From the sequence record PQ327946.1: a stretch of 64,000 nucleotides of DNA. One strand, 5' to 3'. The notes below the pieces were generated by a model. That model was given only the letters and a program-made list of their open reading frames with translations. It had not been told where the DNA came from and did not search any database. The translations under genes were made by a program, and so were the position numbers. The DNA comes from a phage. Below are positions 36,302 to 45,752 of the stretch, piece after piece (the first letter of the stretch is position 1; every line of letters starts with the position of its first letter).

Positions 36302-37986
36302 TAGATTCGTTCCCATTGATGAGTGATATCGCCACCGATTGGACGATAAGAAACACCAGTTTCTTTATCAGTTAGTACCCATTTACCAGGATTTTTTGTA
36401 ATCAGAGTAGCCGTTACAGGTTCTGCTACATCATAACTAATAGTGCCGTCCTGAAGTACACGGCCCATGTTACGTAATTGCTTAGTCAGAAGTTCCATAC
36501 CTTTATAATATGCGGCTACCGCTTTAAGTGGATTATTCTTGAAATAACCACCTAATGCAATCCAGATAATTGCTACAGCCAAATGATGATACTCATTAAA
36601 CGAACTCATCTTTCCATATTTGTAAACTAATGGATTGATGTTAATAGTCACATTACAAGTTGTTTCATCAATAGTAAACTGACCCCAGGTCGGATTAGCG
36701 TTGAATTCATCATAACCTGAAACAGCATAAAGCACTTTAGCTTCATCATACAATTTTGGCCCATAAATCTTGGTTTCACCAAAATATCCACGAGGGTCGA
36801 TAAACTTGACTTCACCATTATCAGTAATCATAGTATTACTGAAGTTCGGGTCACCATGAATAACAGAGTACTGTCCCTGAGAACGGTTATGATAACGAAT
36901 AAGGTGTTCTAAAGCTTGTTTCAGCATTGGCTTCAGACGCCCAATCTTAGTGTAGTTCACATGTGTGATTTTACCAAATGAATCAATCAATGGTTGAATA
37001 CTTTCACAACGATCAATAACTTTCGTATAGAATTCTTTAGTGAAATCACGACGAACAGTTTCAGGACTTACAAAATAAGTGTCTGTGCTGAATTTCAGTG
37101 CGTCTAAAATTGCATCAACAATTTGTGGACGAGCAAGACTCGATTTGGATTTAATATATTCAAATGCTGGCTTACCTTTAATGCGTTCCATTTCAAAGTT
37201 ATTTTCATTAACAGAAACTAACTGAGGAACTGAATCTGATTTCACTTTAAGATACCATGAAATCTCATCTTTCTGAAGAGCTCGTCCCTGTTCGGTTAAT
37301 GCGAATTTAGTTACAGTTTCTTCACCAATTTCAACTGCATTAAAACTACGATTAAGTTCACGAACTTCATGAGCTTTTTCAAGTTTAGGCATATCACCTA
37401 AATCAATTAGATTCATAAGCTCTGATTTATTGAATGCGCTGCCGTAAAGGAATTCTACGAAATCACGTCCTTTGCAGTATTCATGAATTTCCTCATCAGT
37501 AGAACCCATATAGAATTCCCAGTCTTTGAACTGATAAATTCCTACAACATTACCACCTGTTGAACCTACGTTAGTGATATTTTCGCCGTCGAAATTATAT
37601 CGACATTCGTCACCCTTAACATAGATTGCGTTAACATTCCAAGACCATGAACCAAAATCAGGAATAATATCACACCAGTTAACAATTACATTATGACCGT
37701 CTAAATCTTTGTGTAATTTAGCAAGAGCATAAGCAGAACCGTACGCTTCATCAACTGTACGAATAGTCACATTGAACCCTTCTTGCTCACAATAAACTCG
37801 AACAGTTTCAGCAAATTTTGAATGAACTACTACAATAATTTCATCTGCGCCAAGGTCAGAATAAATTGTATACAAATTGCTCAGAATAGTGTCTTGTTTA
37901 TAGTTAACAAGCACCTTAGGAATATGATGCGTTATTGGATACAAACGAGTTGCCAGTCCAGCACCAAGAATAACAGCTTTTTTCAT
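36301..37986 (-). CDS. Bifunctional sugar-1-phosphate nucleotidyltransferase / sugar kinase
   Basis: 561 aa; N-terminal AVILGAGLATRL nucleotidyltransferase glycine loop; C-terminal VIHGDPNFSNTMI..FIDPRG of APH/choline-kinase-type kinases. Confidence 0.6.
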   Translation of the reverse strand: MKKAVILGAGLATRLYPITHHIPKVLVNYKQDTILSNLYTIYSDLGADEIIVVVHSKFAETVRVYCEQEGFNVTIRTVDEAYGSAYALAKLHKDLDGHNVIVNWCDIIPDFGSWSWNVNAIYVKGDECRYNFDGENITNVGSTGGNVVGIYQFKDWEFYMGSTDEEIHEYCKGRDFVEFLYGSAFNKSELMNLIDLGDMPKLEKAHEVRELNRSFNAVEIGEETVTKFALTEQGRALQKDEISWYLKVKSDSVPQLVSVNENNFEMERIKGKPAFEYIKSKSSLARPQIVDAILDALKFSTDTYFVSPETVRRDFTKEFYTKVIDRCESIQPLIDSFGKITHVNYTKIGRLKPMLKQALEHLIRYHNRSQGQYSVIHGDPNFSNTMITDNGEVKFIDPRGYFGETKIYGPKLYDEAKVLYAVSGYDEFNANPTWGQFTIDETTCNVTININPLVYKYGKMSSFNEYHHLAVAIIWIALGGYFKNNPLKAVAAYYKGMELLTKQLRNMGRVLQDGTISYDVAEPVTATLITKNPGKWVLTDKETGVSYRPIGGDITHQWERI

Positions 37987-38027
37987 GTTGTGGTCCTCAT
38001 TGGTAAGTAGGAGTATTGTACACTATT

Positions 38028-38171
38028 CTAGTTAAAGCATTCATACTTTGCTTGTAGTCCAATCATAATCCATCCGATTATAAGAGTCGGAATCATTACT
38101 GGAGCCGTTAAGCTCCAGTAGATAGTCATGACAAGCATCAATAGTAAAAGTCCTATTGTTATTGCTTTCAT
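38028..38171 (-). CDS. Small membrane protein (about 47 aa)
   Basis: Hand-translated MKAITIGLLLLMLVMTIYWSL..; ATGA overlap with the SIS gene stop; coordinates approximate. Confidence 0.3.
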   Translation of the reverse strand: MKAITIGLLLLMLVMTIYWSLTAPVMIPTLIIGWIMIGLQAKYECFN

Positions 38172-38803
38172 TGTTCGCCTCGTAACATGGCACCTAGTGC
38201 ACCGCCAGGGTGGAACTTAAGGAAGTCATTAGAGGTAAATCCACGTTCAGACGAAAGGTTGATAGCAAACGTATCGATAAGCGCTAACAACAATGTAGTG
38301 GACATAGTCGGAGCCAGAGAATTCTCATCAACCTCTACTGCGATGCCTGTACAGAACGTATAATCAAAAAGAGCTTCGTATTCTTGTGGAATGTCTGGGT
38401 TACAATGCAACAGAATCTGTTTGACGTTCGGACGAATCATTTTAAGATGCTTAGCCACGCCTATCATTTCTTCAGTTTTACCAGAACGACTAATATGAAT
38501 CAACACATCATTAGGCGCAATGAATCCTGCATCACCGTGAGAATAATGCCCGGTGTTCAAGTACATACTCGGGATACCGAGTGAAGCAAATGTCTCAGAA
38601 GCTTTAGTTGCGATATTAGCGTTCTTACCAACACCTGTAATAATTACACGACTTTCATAATTACTAAGTCCTGGGCGTCGAAGAGTTTCTAGAATAGCAT
38701 TATAACGAGCAGGGTTTTGACTAATTACTTTGGCCATAGCGGCCAAAGAAGAAGCTTGTTTTATGATTGCGTCAATAGCGATAGTAATAGGAGTAGTTTT
38801 CAT
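38168..38803 (-). CDS. SIS-domain sugar-phosphate isomerase (arabinose-5-phosphate isomerase KdsD/KpsF-like, no CBS domains)
   Basis: 211 aa; ITGVGKNANIATKASETFASLGIPSMYLNTGHYSHGDAG matches the KdsD/GmhA SIS core pattern. Confidence 0.6.
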   Translation of the reverse strand: MKTTPITIAIDAIIKQASSLAAMAKVISQNPARYNAILETLRRPGLSNYESRVIITGVGKNANIATKASETFASLGIPSMYLNTGHYSHGDAGFIAPNDVLIHISRSGKTEEMIGVAKHLKMIRPNVKQILLHCNPDIPQEYEALFDYTFCTGIAVEVDENSLAPTMSTTLLLALIDTFAINLSSERGFTSNDFLKFHPGGALGAMLRGEQ

Positions 38804-38843
38804 ATTTCTCTCATTTAATTAGTTTACCGTCCATGGCATTATA

Positions 38844-41555
38844 TCAAAAATCGAACATATCGAACAGAGATGCTTTCTTCTCGTAATCGAGTTTCGCTGC
38901 TGATGTGAATCCTTCAAGTGGTTTAATAAATGTCTTCTCAAGGAGAACAGTGTAGTCCATCCAATGAAGTACGTCGTCTTTAATTAAATCTGTGATTTCA
39001 GTACCAGAAGGCCATGCGATACATTTATCACCGAATGGGTTTCCTTCACGTAAAGGCAGAACATATACTTTTTCACCTTCTACAACTTGCGGTGCATCGA
39101 TATTACCTTTGATAGCACGGTTATACGTCAGAATTCCACGAATATGGAATGGGCATTTGGGACCAGGGAATCCACCTACATCATATTTAGCAATGTTATT
39201 CGCAGAAGATACCGACGCGATGCTAATATAATTCAATTGACGGAATTCTTTTTCAAACTCTTTAAAATATTCTTGTAATGATTCTTCACCTTCTTGAAGC
39301 ATACGACGAATACATTCTTTAAGAGCTTTCTGTACTGCTTTAGGAGTCGAAGATTTCTGAGTCTCTAGACCCATGATTTTGAGTTTAGGCTCAGCATAAC
39401 GAGTACCTTCCATATCCCACACGTTTAATGCATAACGTTTCTTACCAGTCCAGAATCCACCAATACCTTTAGAACCGAGTGGAGGCCCGGCGATAGCTTC
39501 TCGGTCCATGAACATTAAGTGTTGTTTATTGTTCATGTATTCACACATTTCACGGAAACCTCTATCAATAGCTGGTTCCATACGTTCACGTGCAAACTTA
39601 TCTAAGAAGTCTACCCAATGGTTGGTATCACGGAATTTAGATTCACCAACCTTATCGATAATTTTATCAGCAGATACGTAAATAGAGTCTGTATCACCAT
39701 AAAGAACGAAAGCTTCACCTTCTGTACCACAAACTTCATTCAGATATTCATTAACTTTACGTTCAATCCACTGTAAAGCCATTTGACCAAATGTTGTGAT
39801 TGCAGTAGCATTACGCAAATCGTAATAACGGAACCAAACGTTTCCAAGTGCACCATAAAGCGAGTTGATGAGCAATTTACGGTTAATCTGTGCAGTCATA
39901 CCTGCAACTTCAGTACGTTGAGCTCTAAACAACATTTCATTAAGAGATTTAGCAGACAACTTTTTAATCTTTTCTTTAATCTCATCACTGAAGTCGAAAC
40001 GATAATCAACATCTAATGGTTCGTCAACAGAAAGATTAGGATTATGCAATGCCTCTTTAATTATTTCACCATTACGTTGAGCCGCAAGCATATAACCTTT
40101 ATGTTCTTTACGTTGATTAAAGACTTTAGTGATTTCAGTTGGAACAACACCGTCACGGTCTTTATAATACATCATGCCGTTAGGAGAACAACTGTACACA
40201 TCAGAAGGACGTTCAGCAACAGCGTTAATATAATCATGCAATGGAGCTACTTTAAACGTTCCTGCTATTGTTTCCGGGCTAATATTCACTTGGCGAATAA
40301 TACTTGGATACAGAGATGTAAGGTCGAAACTCATTACATATTTGTATCGATTTGGAATAGGTTCCTTAACAAAAGCGCCGGGATAAGGTTGAACCGGGTG
40401 AGAACGACCTTGTGGAATCACCTTGTTCTGCTCTTTAAGGCTATTAAAAATAATAGCATCCCATGTTTTAATTGGGCTAAACACGGATTGAATCTGTATC
40501 TTAGCATAATAACCCATGTCCAAACTCAAGTTGATGAACTGACGCTTAGCATCAATTTGCAATACACGATACACGTCGATAATGTTATAAGAAATATATC
40601 GTTGGTGATTGCTTTCACGAAGCTTAGAAATAGGGCCGTCATATTTCAGTTTACCAACGTTCAATTCAAATTCTGAAATGTAATCCAGAGAATACGACGG
40701 TTGATTGGTAAAAGAGAATTTTTTGTAAAGGTCAATGTAATCAAGAACAGAGATACCGAATAATGTAATGATTTCACGAGAACCATACATGTTTTCGATA
40801 ACTTTAACACGAGTTTTACGATGTGGTGATAAACGTTTCGCAGTAGATTCGCCAAAAATATTCTTGATTCGGTTATACACATATGGAATATCAAATGACT
40901 CAACGTTCCATCCAGTCAAAATGACAGGAGTTTTCTGTTGCCAGAAATTGAGATATTCCATCAATAATTCTTTTTCGTTATCGAACGGCATATAAATGAT
41001 TTTATCGATAATTTCGGATGGAACTTCATCACCACCTTGTTCTTGAAGCTTAGCCGCAATTTCGATAGACCATTCTTCTACATTACCATATGGAGAATTC
41101 AATAGATCAAATACGTAGAACCTGTCGTCAATTGAGTCATAATGGGTGATAGCATCAATCGGATGTTTTGCTTGTGACGGCTCAGGGAACCCATCCGGAG
41201 ATGTTACTTCGATGTCGAAGTTAGCCACACGAATTTTTGTATGATCGTATTTGATTTCATAGTTATAAGTGTCAGACAAATACGCCAATTTGAAATCGTC
41301 CATGCCAAGTGCTTCAAGACCGATATCTTCCATGCGTTTAATCCATTGGGAGGCATCACGCATATTGGCGAACAACTTACGAGTACACGGCTTACCGTAG
41401 ATATCGAAATATTTCGTAGCCTGACTTTCCGGACAATGAGCAAACAGTGATGGTTTATATTCTACTTCACGAGTACGTTCACGGCCATTAGAATCGATGT
41501 AACGTTCAAAAATTGAATCACCAATCTGTTCAACCGTTAAGTAAAATTCTTTCAT
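38844..41555 (-). CDS. 43: DNA polymerase gp43 (family B)
   Basis: 903 aa; exonuclease FDIE motif; polymerase motifs DxxSLYPS and YGDTDS; size matches T4 gp43. Confidence 0.9.
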   Translation of the reverse strand: MKEFYLTVEQIGDSIFERYIDSNGRERTREVEYKPSLFAHCPESQATKYFDIYGKPCTRKLFANMRDASQWIKRMEDIGLEALGMDDFKLAYLSDTYNYEIKYDHTKIRVANFDIEVTSPDGFPEPSQAKHPIDAITHYDSIDDRFYVFDLLNSPYGNVEEWSIEIAAKLQEQGGDEVPSEIIDKIIYMPFDNEKELLMEYLNFWQQKTPVILTGWNVESFDIPYVYNRIKNIFGESTAKRLSPHRKTRVKVIENMYGSREIITLFGISVLDYIDLYKKFSFTNQPSYSLDYISEFELNVGKLKYDGPISKLRESNHQRYISYNIIDVYRVLQIDAKRQFINLSLDMGYYAKIQIQSVFSPIKTWDAIIFNSLKEQNKVIPQGRSHPVQPYPGAFVKEPIPNRYKYVMSFDLTSLYPSIIRQVNISPETIAGTFKVAPLHDYINAVAERPSDVYSCSPNGMMYYKDRDGVVPTEITKVFNQRKEHKGYMLAAQRNGEIIKEALHNPNLSVDEPLDVDYRFDFSDEIKEKIKKLSAKSLNEMLFRAQRTEVAGMTAQINRKLLINSLYGALGNVWFRYYDLRNATAITTFGQMALQWIERKVNEYLNEVCGTEGEAFVLYGDTDSIYVSADKIIDKVGESKFRDTNHWVDFLDKFARERMEPAIDRGFREMCEYMNNKQHLMFMDREAIAGPPLGSKGIGGFWTGKKRYALNVWDMEGTRYAEPKLKIMGLETQKSSTPKAVQKALKECIRRMLQEGEESLQEYFKEFEKEFRQLNYISIASVSSANNIAKYDVGGFPGPKCPFHIRGILTYNRAIKGNIDAPQVVEGEKVYVLPLREGNPFGDKCIAWPSGTEITDLIKDDVLHWMDYTVLLEKTFIKPLEGFTSAAKLDYEKKASLFDMFDF

Positions 41556-41616
41556 TTAATTTCCTTTAGACGAGTTATTGTCTTTTGTTTGTTGATGAAC
41601 TTATTATACTCCAAAT

Positions 41617-41636
41617 GGGACCGAAGTCCCATTGCT
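41617..41636 (-). terminator. Hairpin (AUGGGAC-UUCG-GUCCCAU) between regA and 43
   Basis: + strand atgggaccgaagtcccat; short U tract; could also be an RNA stability or operator element. Confidence 0.4.
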
Positions 41637-42014
41637 TTAATTACCAATTGTATATTTTGCTTTCAAAGTCCAGTCATCTTTCTGTTTAAAAGAGATAACA
41701 CGGAAGTTATTAGTCAGGCCAAACAGATCTTCACGAGCAGAGTCTTCAATAACAATCAATCCCCATTCTTCAAGCAACTGAGCAATCGAATCACGTCGCT
41801 GATAGTCTTCACCGTCAATATCAACCTGACGTCCGTCCATACGCAACATTTCTTTAAAGTGGACGATATAGTACTTACCTTGCTTTTGGAGGATATGACA
41901 AGACTGGTAAAGGACTTTATCTTTGTTATTAGCGATGCCCATACGAGTCAGAGTCTCTTTGACTTTCAGAAAATCTTCAGGGTTCTTCAATTTAATTTCA
42001 ATCATTTTTACCAT
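41637..42014 (-). CDS. regA: Translational repressor RegA
   Basis: 125 aa; ..[46 protein letters not shown] matches T4 RegA. Confidence 0.9.
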   Translation of the reverse strand: MVKMIEIKLKNPEDFLKVKETLTRMGIANNKDKVLYQSCHILQKQGKYYIVHFKEMLRMDGRQVDIDGEDYQRRDSIAQLLEEWGLIVIEDSAREDLFGLTNNFRVISFKQKDDWTLKAKYTIGN

Positions 42015-42571
42015 TCCAATGCTAATTTTTTAAATTGTTTTTGTTCTTTCACATTTTTTGTAACTTCTTTGAGAAACTCATCAGTGACCATGGCCTTCAG
42101 TTCTTTAAGGACTATTGGCAACTTGTTATTTTTTTCAAGGAGCCGCTTATACTCAGTAGCATCATTCATGTTGATTGTGTAATGTTTCATCAACAGTTTG
42201 ATAACTAGTAACTCTGAAGTGTCTTCGACTAGTTTAGCCCATTTAGAGAATCGACGACCACGTGGAATTGCCGCCATCATATAGTTGAAGTGCGCTTCAT
42301 CACTTAATTCAGAACCGACTAAGTTCATCATGTAAACGGCTGGCATACATTCTGGAAACTGGGATAATGAGTTCTCAACCATAAATTTTGAGTAGTCGAC
42401 CTGAGCAATTGACATAGATTTCTTTTCATTAATAGCATTAATGATTTTAAAGAATTCATTCTCAGGTTTTTCTTTAAACATATCAGCACATTTTTGAATC
42501 GCATCAGCGTCATTAGACTTCCATGCAATTTGGTGCTCGTTAAGCCGGACGTCATCATCGAATAAGTTCAT
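42008..42571 (-). CDS. 62: Clamp loader small subunit gp62
   Basis: 187 aa, same as T4 gp62; between 44 and regA. Confidence 0.8.
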   Translation of the reverse strand: MNLFDDDVRLNEHQIAWKSNDADAIQKCADMFKEKPENEFFKIINAINEKKSMSIAQVDYSKFMVENSLSQFPECMPAVYMMNLVGSELSDEAHFNYMMAAIPRGRRFSKWAKLVEDTSELLVIKLLMKHYTINMNDATEYKRLLEKNNKLPIVLKELKAMVTDEFLKEVTKNVKEQKQFKKLALEW

Positions 42572-42572
42572 A

Positions 42573-43535
42573 TTATTTCCAAGTCAGTTCGCAGGTCAGT
42601 TGAAGAAGCATATACATAACATGTAATTCAATATTACTTGCTAATCCATGAAACTTATTGTTTTCGCCTGCAATTTCATAAAGCGAAATAATACTTTTAC
42701 CAGGTGCAACTTGGTCATAACATTCTGAAACTAATTTATCGATGAACCATGAATAATCTGCGGCATATTTTGGAGCTAATGCACGAAGCTGTTTGATATC
42801 TTTGTTCTTCATTGCTTCGATAACATCAGAGACTGTGCCACGGTCATTAGTTACGATAGACAAAATACCCGCATCAAGAACACCTTTAGACGAGTACTGG
42901 TCTAATTGACCAATTGTGCGACGAAAGTCTGGGAAGTTCTTTTTAACCAGAGCTGCAACAACTTTCATATCAGCGATTTCGATATTTTCATTCTTACAGA
43001 TTTCAACCATACGATGAATCATTTTCTTCATCATCGAGATTTTATCTTCTTCGGTTGGACGCCCGAATTCGATAACTCGACAACGACTACGTAATGGTTC
43101 AATAATTCCATCGATGTTGTTAGCAGTAATAATAATAGAACAGTTACTAGAGAATTCTTCCATGAATGTACGAAGGTGACGTTGTGATTCGGCGAGGCCA
43201 CTACGGTCAAATTCATCGATAACAATAACTTTCGGCTTGCCTTCCATTGAGACTGAACGAGCGAATGCGGTTAACGGTCCGCGTACAAAATCAATCTTAC
43301 AATCAGAACCGTTGACGAACATCATTTCAGCGTTGATATCATTACACAATGCTTTTGCTACGGTTGTTTTACCTGTACCAGGAGAAGGAGAGTGCAAAAT
43401 AATATGAGGAAGTTTTCCTTTAGATACTAAAGACTTGAATGTTTCATGGTCATACGCTGGCAGAATACATTCGTCAATGGAAGAAGGACGATATTTCTGT
43501 TCTAGAATGTGTTCTTTGTGATTGATAGTAATCAT
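42573..43535 (-). CDS. 44: Clamp loader ATPase gp44 (AAA+)
   Basis: 320 aa; Walker [11 protein letters not shown], Walker B VIVIDEFD. Confidence 0.85.
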   Translation of the reverse strand: MITINHKEHILEQKYRPSSIDECILPAYDHETFKSLVSKGKLPHIILHSPSPGTGKTTVAKALCNDINAEMMFVNGSDCKIDFVRGPLTAFARSVSMEGKPKVIVIDEFDRSGLAESQRHLRTFMEEFSSNCSIIITANNIDGIIEPLRSRCRVIEFGRPTEEDKISMMKKMIHRMVEICKNENIEIADMKVVAALVKKNFPDFRRTIGQLDQYSSKGVLDAGILSIVTNDRGTVSDVIEAMKNKDIKQLRALAPKYAADYSWFIDKLVSECYDQVAPGKSIISLYEIAGENNKFHGLASNIELHVMYMLLQLTCELTWK

Positions 43536-43610
43536 GTAATTTTCCTCATTATCATTAAACTGGAGGATTTCTCCTCCATAATAGTACTACATTAAACGTA
43601 AAGCTTTGAC

Positions 43611-44297
43611 TTAGAAGTCGTGAGTAGAATCGGCTTCCATCGCAATAACATAACTTACTTGAGGGCTTTCAAACTTGGCTGCAACTTTATCACCAGCTCC
43701 CCACAACATTACTTTATAATTACCCGGCTGAATTTTCATATTAGCCATATTGATTACGAAGTTAAAGTTGTTAGAACCATCATAATCGGTAAGAGTCAAA
43801 GAATACTTAGGACGAGTTAGTCCGGAATCTTCAACTTTATTATAGCCATTGATAACAATTTTACCATCTTTATTTGTAATAGCAATTGTATCAATCTGAA
43901 GACCACGTGAAACTCGAAGCAATTGTTGAAGGTCTTCAGCTTTAATTTCAGTAATCACAGAAGCCACTGGGAATTGAATTGGCTTATTAGGAAAAACAAT
44001 GGTGCTCTTGTCAGCGGCAGGCCAATAAACCGTGGAACGTGTATCTGCAATTTTAATATTGCCATCGGTGTGCATTGAAATTTCAGCATCATCAGACACT
44101 AGACTCAAAATGCTTAAGAAGCTATTCAAATCATAAAGTGCTACGTCAAAATCAATTTCATCAGAGATATTTGCTTCCGCATAAGTGGTGCCATTAACTG
44201 CACGAGTCATAATAAATTTACCTTGACTCAGCAGAATACCGGAGTTAATAGAGGCAAAGTTTTTCAGAATAGCGATAGTATCTTTAGACAGTTTCAT
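43611..44297 (-). CDS. 45: Sliding clamp gp45
   Basis: Start set at ATG MKLSKDTIAILKNF (228 aa, the T4 gp45 length); the track ORF begins at an upstream TTG. Confidence 0.9.
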   Translation of the reverse strand: MKLSKDTIAILKNFASINSGILLSQGKFIMTRAVNGTTYAEANISDEIDFDVALYDLNSFLSILSLVSDDAEISMHTDGNIKIADTRSTVYWPAADKSTIVFPNKPIQFPVASVITEIKAEDLQQLLRVSRGLQIDTIAITNKDGKIVINGYNKVEDSGLTRPKYSLTLTDYDGSNNFNFVINMANMKIQPGNYKVMLWGAGDKVAAKFESPQVSYVIAMEADSTHDF

Positions 44298-44337
44298 TTT
44301 ATTTCCTTTCAAGACAATTCAAAGTTTAACAAATTTA

Positions 44338-44754
44338 TTATGCAGCAACCATTTGCTTTTTAATAGCTTCAGGCAGTGATTCAATATATTCTGGAATTTT
44401 AGAAGCAACAATTTCGCCAGCTGCAATTAGTTGTTCGTCGGCATCAACACAATAGAAATCTTCCAGACGTTCAGAACCATCTTTATCAAGAACGATTTTT
44501 CCGCCGGCTTCAATAGAATCTTTATAGTGCTTACGCATCAGATGAATCCACATATCAGATACATCATTATCAATAAAACCATAAATCATAAAACGAGTTT
44601 CTTGTGGCAAAGATTGGAGTTTTTTAGCACTTGCGTCATCACAATGCAGGACCCATGCTTTACGAACACGATTATGGTTATGTGGGTTAGCGTCAGTACG
44701 GATAGAAGTAACTTTCAGATCAGCAGCAGTGAAACCTTTAGCAGTAGTAAACAT
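44338..44754 (-). CDS. rpbA: RNA polymerase binding protein RpbA
   Basis: 138 aa ORF directly upstream of gene 45 as in T4. Confidence 0.6.
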   Translation of the reverse strand: MFTTAKGFTAADLKVTSIRTDANPHNHNRVRKAWVLHCDDASAKKLQSLPQETRFMIYGFIDNDVSDMWIHLMRKHYKDSIEAGGKIVLDKDGSERLEDFYCVDADEQLIAAGEIVASKIPEYIESLPEAIKKQMVAA

Positions 44755-44766
44755 ATTATTTCTCTC

Positions 44767-44958
44767 TTATTCGTAGAAGTCGGTAACTGTCCATGCGGAA
44801 TTGCGATTAGACATTATTTTATTATACTCATCTTTAAAAGCAGATTTGAGCATTTGTTCGGTAACAATATGTTCTTCACCTGAAAACGTATTGGTCAAAA
44901 CATATTTTTTAATTTCAGGGACAACGAGAAGATGTTGCCCGGTTGAATACTCCGCCAT
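44767..44958 (-). CDS. Hypothetical protein (63 aa)
   Basis: ORF. Confidence 0.45.
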   Translation of the reverse strand: MAEYSTGQHLLVVPEIKKYVLTNTFSGEEHIVTEQMLKSAFKDEYNKIMSNRNSAWTVTDFYE

Positions 44959-44982
44959 TATAAATCTCCGTGTTTAAAGCAA

Positions 44983-44990
44983 TATAAATA
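44983..44990 (+). promoter_or_regulatory. Late-promoter-like TATAAATA upstream of the HNH endonuclease gene
   Basis: Exact TATAAATA on the + strand about 45 nt before the ATG at 45036. Confidence 0.4.
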
Positions 44991-45035
44991 GGTTTATCAA
45001 TTTATCTGTTGCTGTATCAAATAAGGATTTAGTAA

Positions 45036-45752
45036 ATGAATTATAACTCAATATACGAAAAGCTTATCGCCAATGCTAAATCAAGAAGTTTAGATGGTTA
45101 TACAGAACGTCATCACATTATACCACAATGTTTAGGTGGAAGTGATGATGCTTTAAACTTAGTAGACTTAACACCGGAAGAACATTATTTGGCACATCAA
45201 CTGTTGGTCAAAATCCATCCAGATAATGCCTCTTTAATATATGCCGCTCGTATGATGACAATATCATCTCCTAAAGCAGATAGAAGCAAAAACAAATTAT
45301 TTGGATGGCTTCGACGTAAGAATCAAGAAGTTCAAAAGAACAAAGAATTCACTGCTGAAACCCGTAAGAAAATGTCTGAAGCCGCTTTAAAGAGACCAAA
45401 GATTACCTGTCCACATTGTAATAAATCTGGATACGTTTCTAACATGCGTCGTTGGCATTTCGACAACTGTAAGCATGGACCCAACAAGTGTGTACATACT
45501 ATACCTGAATCACAAAAGCAAAAAATAAAAGACGGGTTAAAGAATGTGGTTCACACTATAGTCCAATGCCGGTATTGTAACATGGAAGGTATAAAGTGTG
45601 TTATAGCAGCACATGAAAAATTCTGTAAATCAAATCCCAATAGAAAGAAAAAAGAGGACAAGAAAATTCAGTGTCCTCATTGTGATAAAATAGGAATCCC
45701 TGCTAATATGTATCGTTGGCATTTTGATAATTGTAAACACAAGCCTCATTAA
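45036..45752 (+). CDS. HNH homing endonuclease with two C-terminal zinc-finger repeats
   Basis: 238 aa; HNH core ERHHIIPQCLGGSDDALNLVDLTPEEHYLAH; duplicated CPHCNKSGYVSNMRRWHFDNCKH / CPHCDKIGIPANMYRWHFDNCKH. Confidence 0.8.
   Translation: MNYNSIYEKLIANAKSRSLDGYTERHHIIPQCLGGSDDALNLVDLTPEEHYLAHQLLVKIHPDNASLIYAARMMTISSPKADRSKNKLFGWLRRKNQEVQKNKEFTAETRKKMSEAALKRPKITCPHCNKSGYVSNMRRWHFDNCKHGPNKCVHTIPESQKQKIKDGLKNVVHTIVQCRYCNMEGIKCVIAAHEKFCKSNPNRKKKEDKKIQCPHCDKIGIPANMYRWHFDNCKHKPH

Larger units (their letters stand above)
44980..45752 (+). mobile_element. Free-standing homing endonuclease cassette inserted between 45.2-like ORF and gene 46
   Basis: Opposite-strand HNH gene inside an otherwise uniformly minus-strand replication/recombination block. 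Confidence 0.55.

Noticed and set aside
40044-40676. Plus-strand ORF (210 aa) inside DNA polymerase gene 43
   Set aside because: Antisense to a confidently identified gene; low-complexity composition typical of reverse-frame artefacts.
41589-42182. Plus-strand ORF (197 aa) overlapping regA and gene 62
   Set aside because: Antisense to two conserved T4 genes; no start context.
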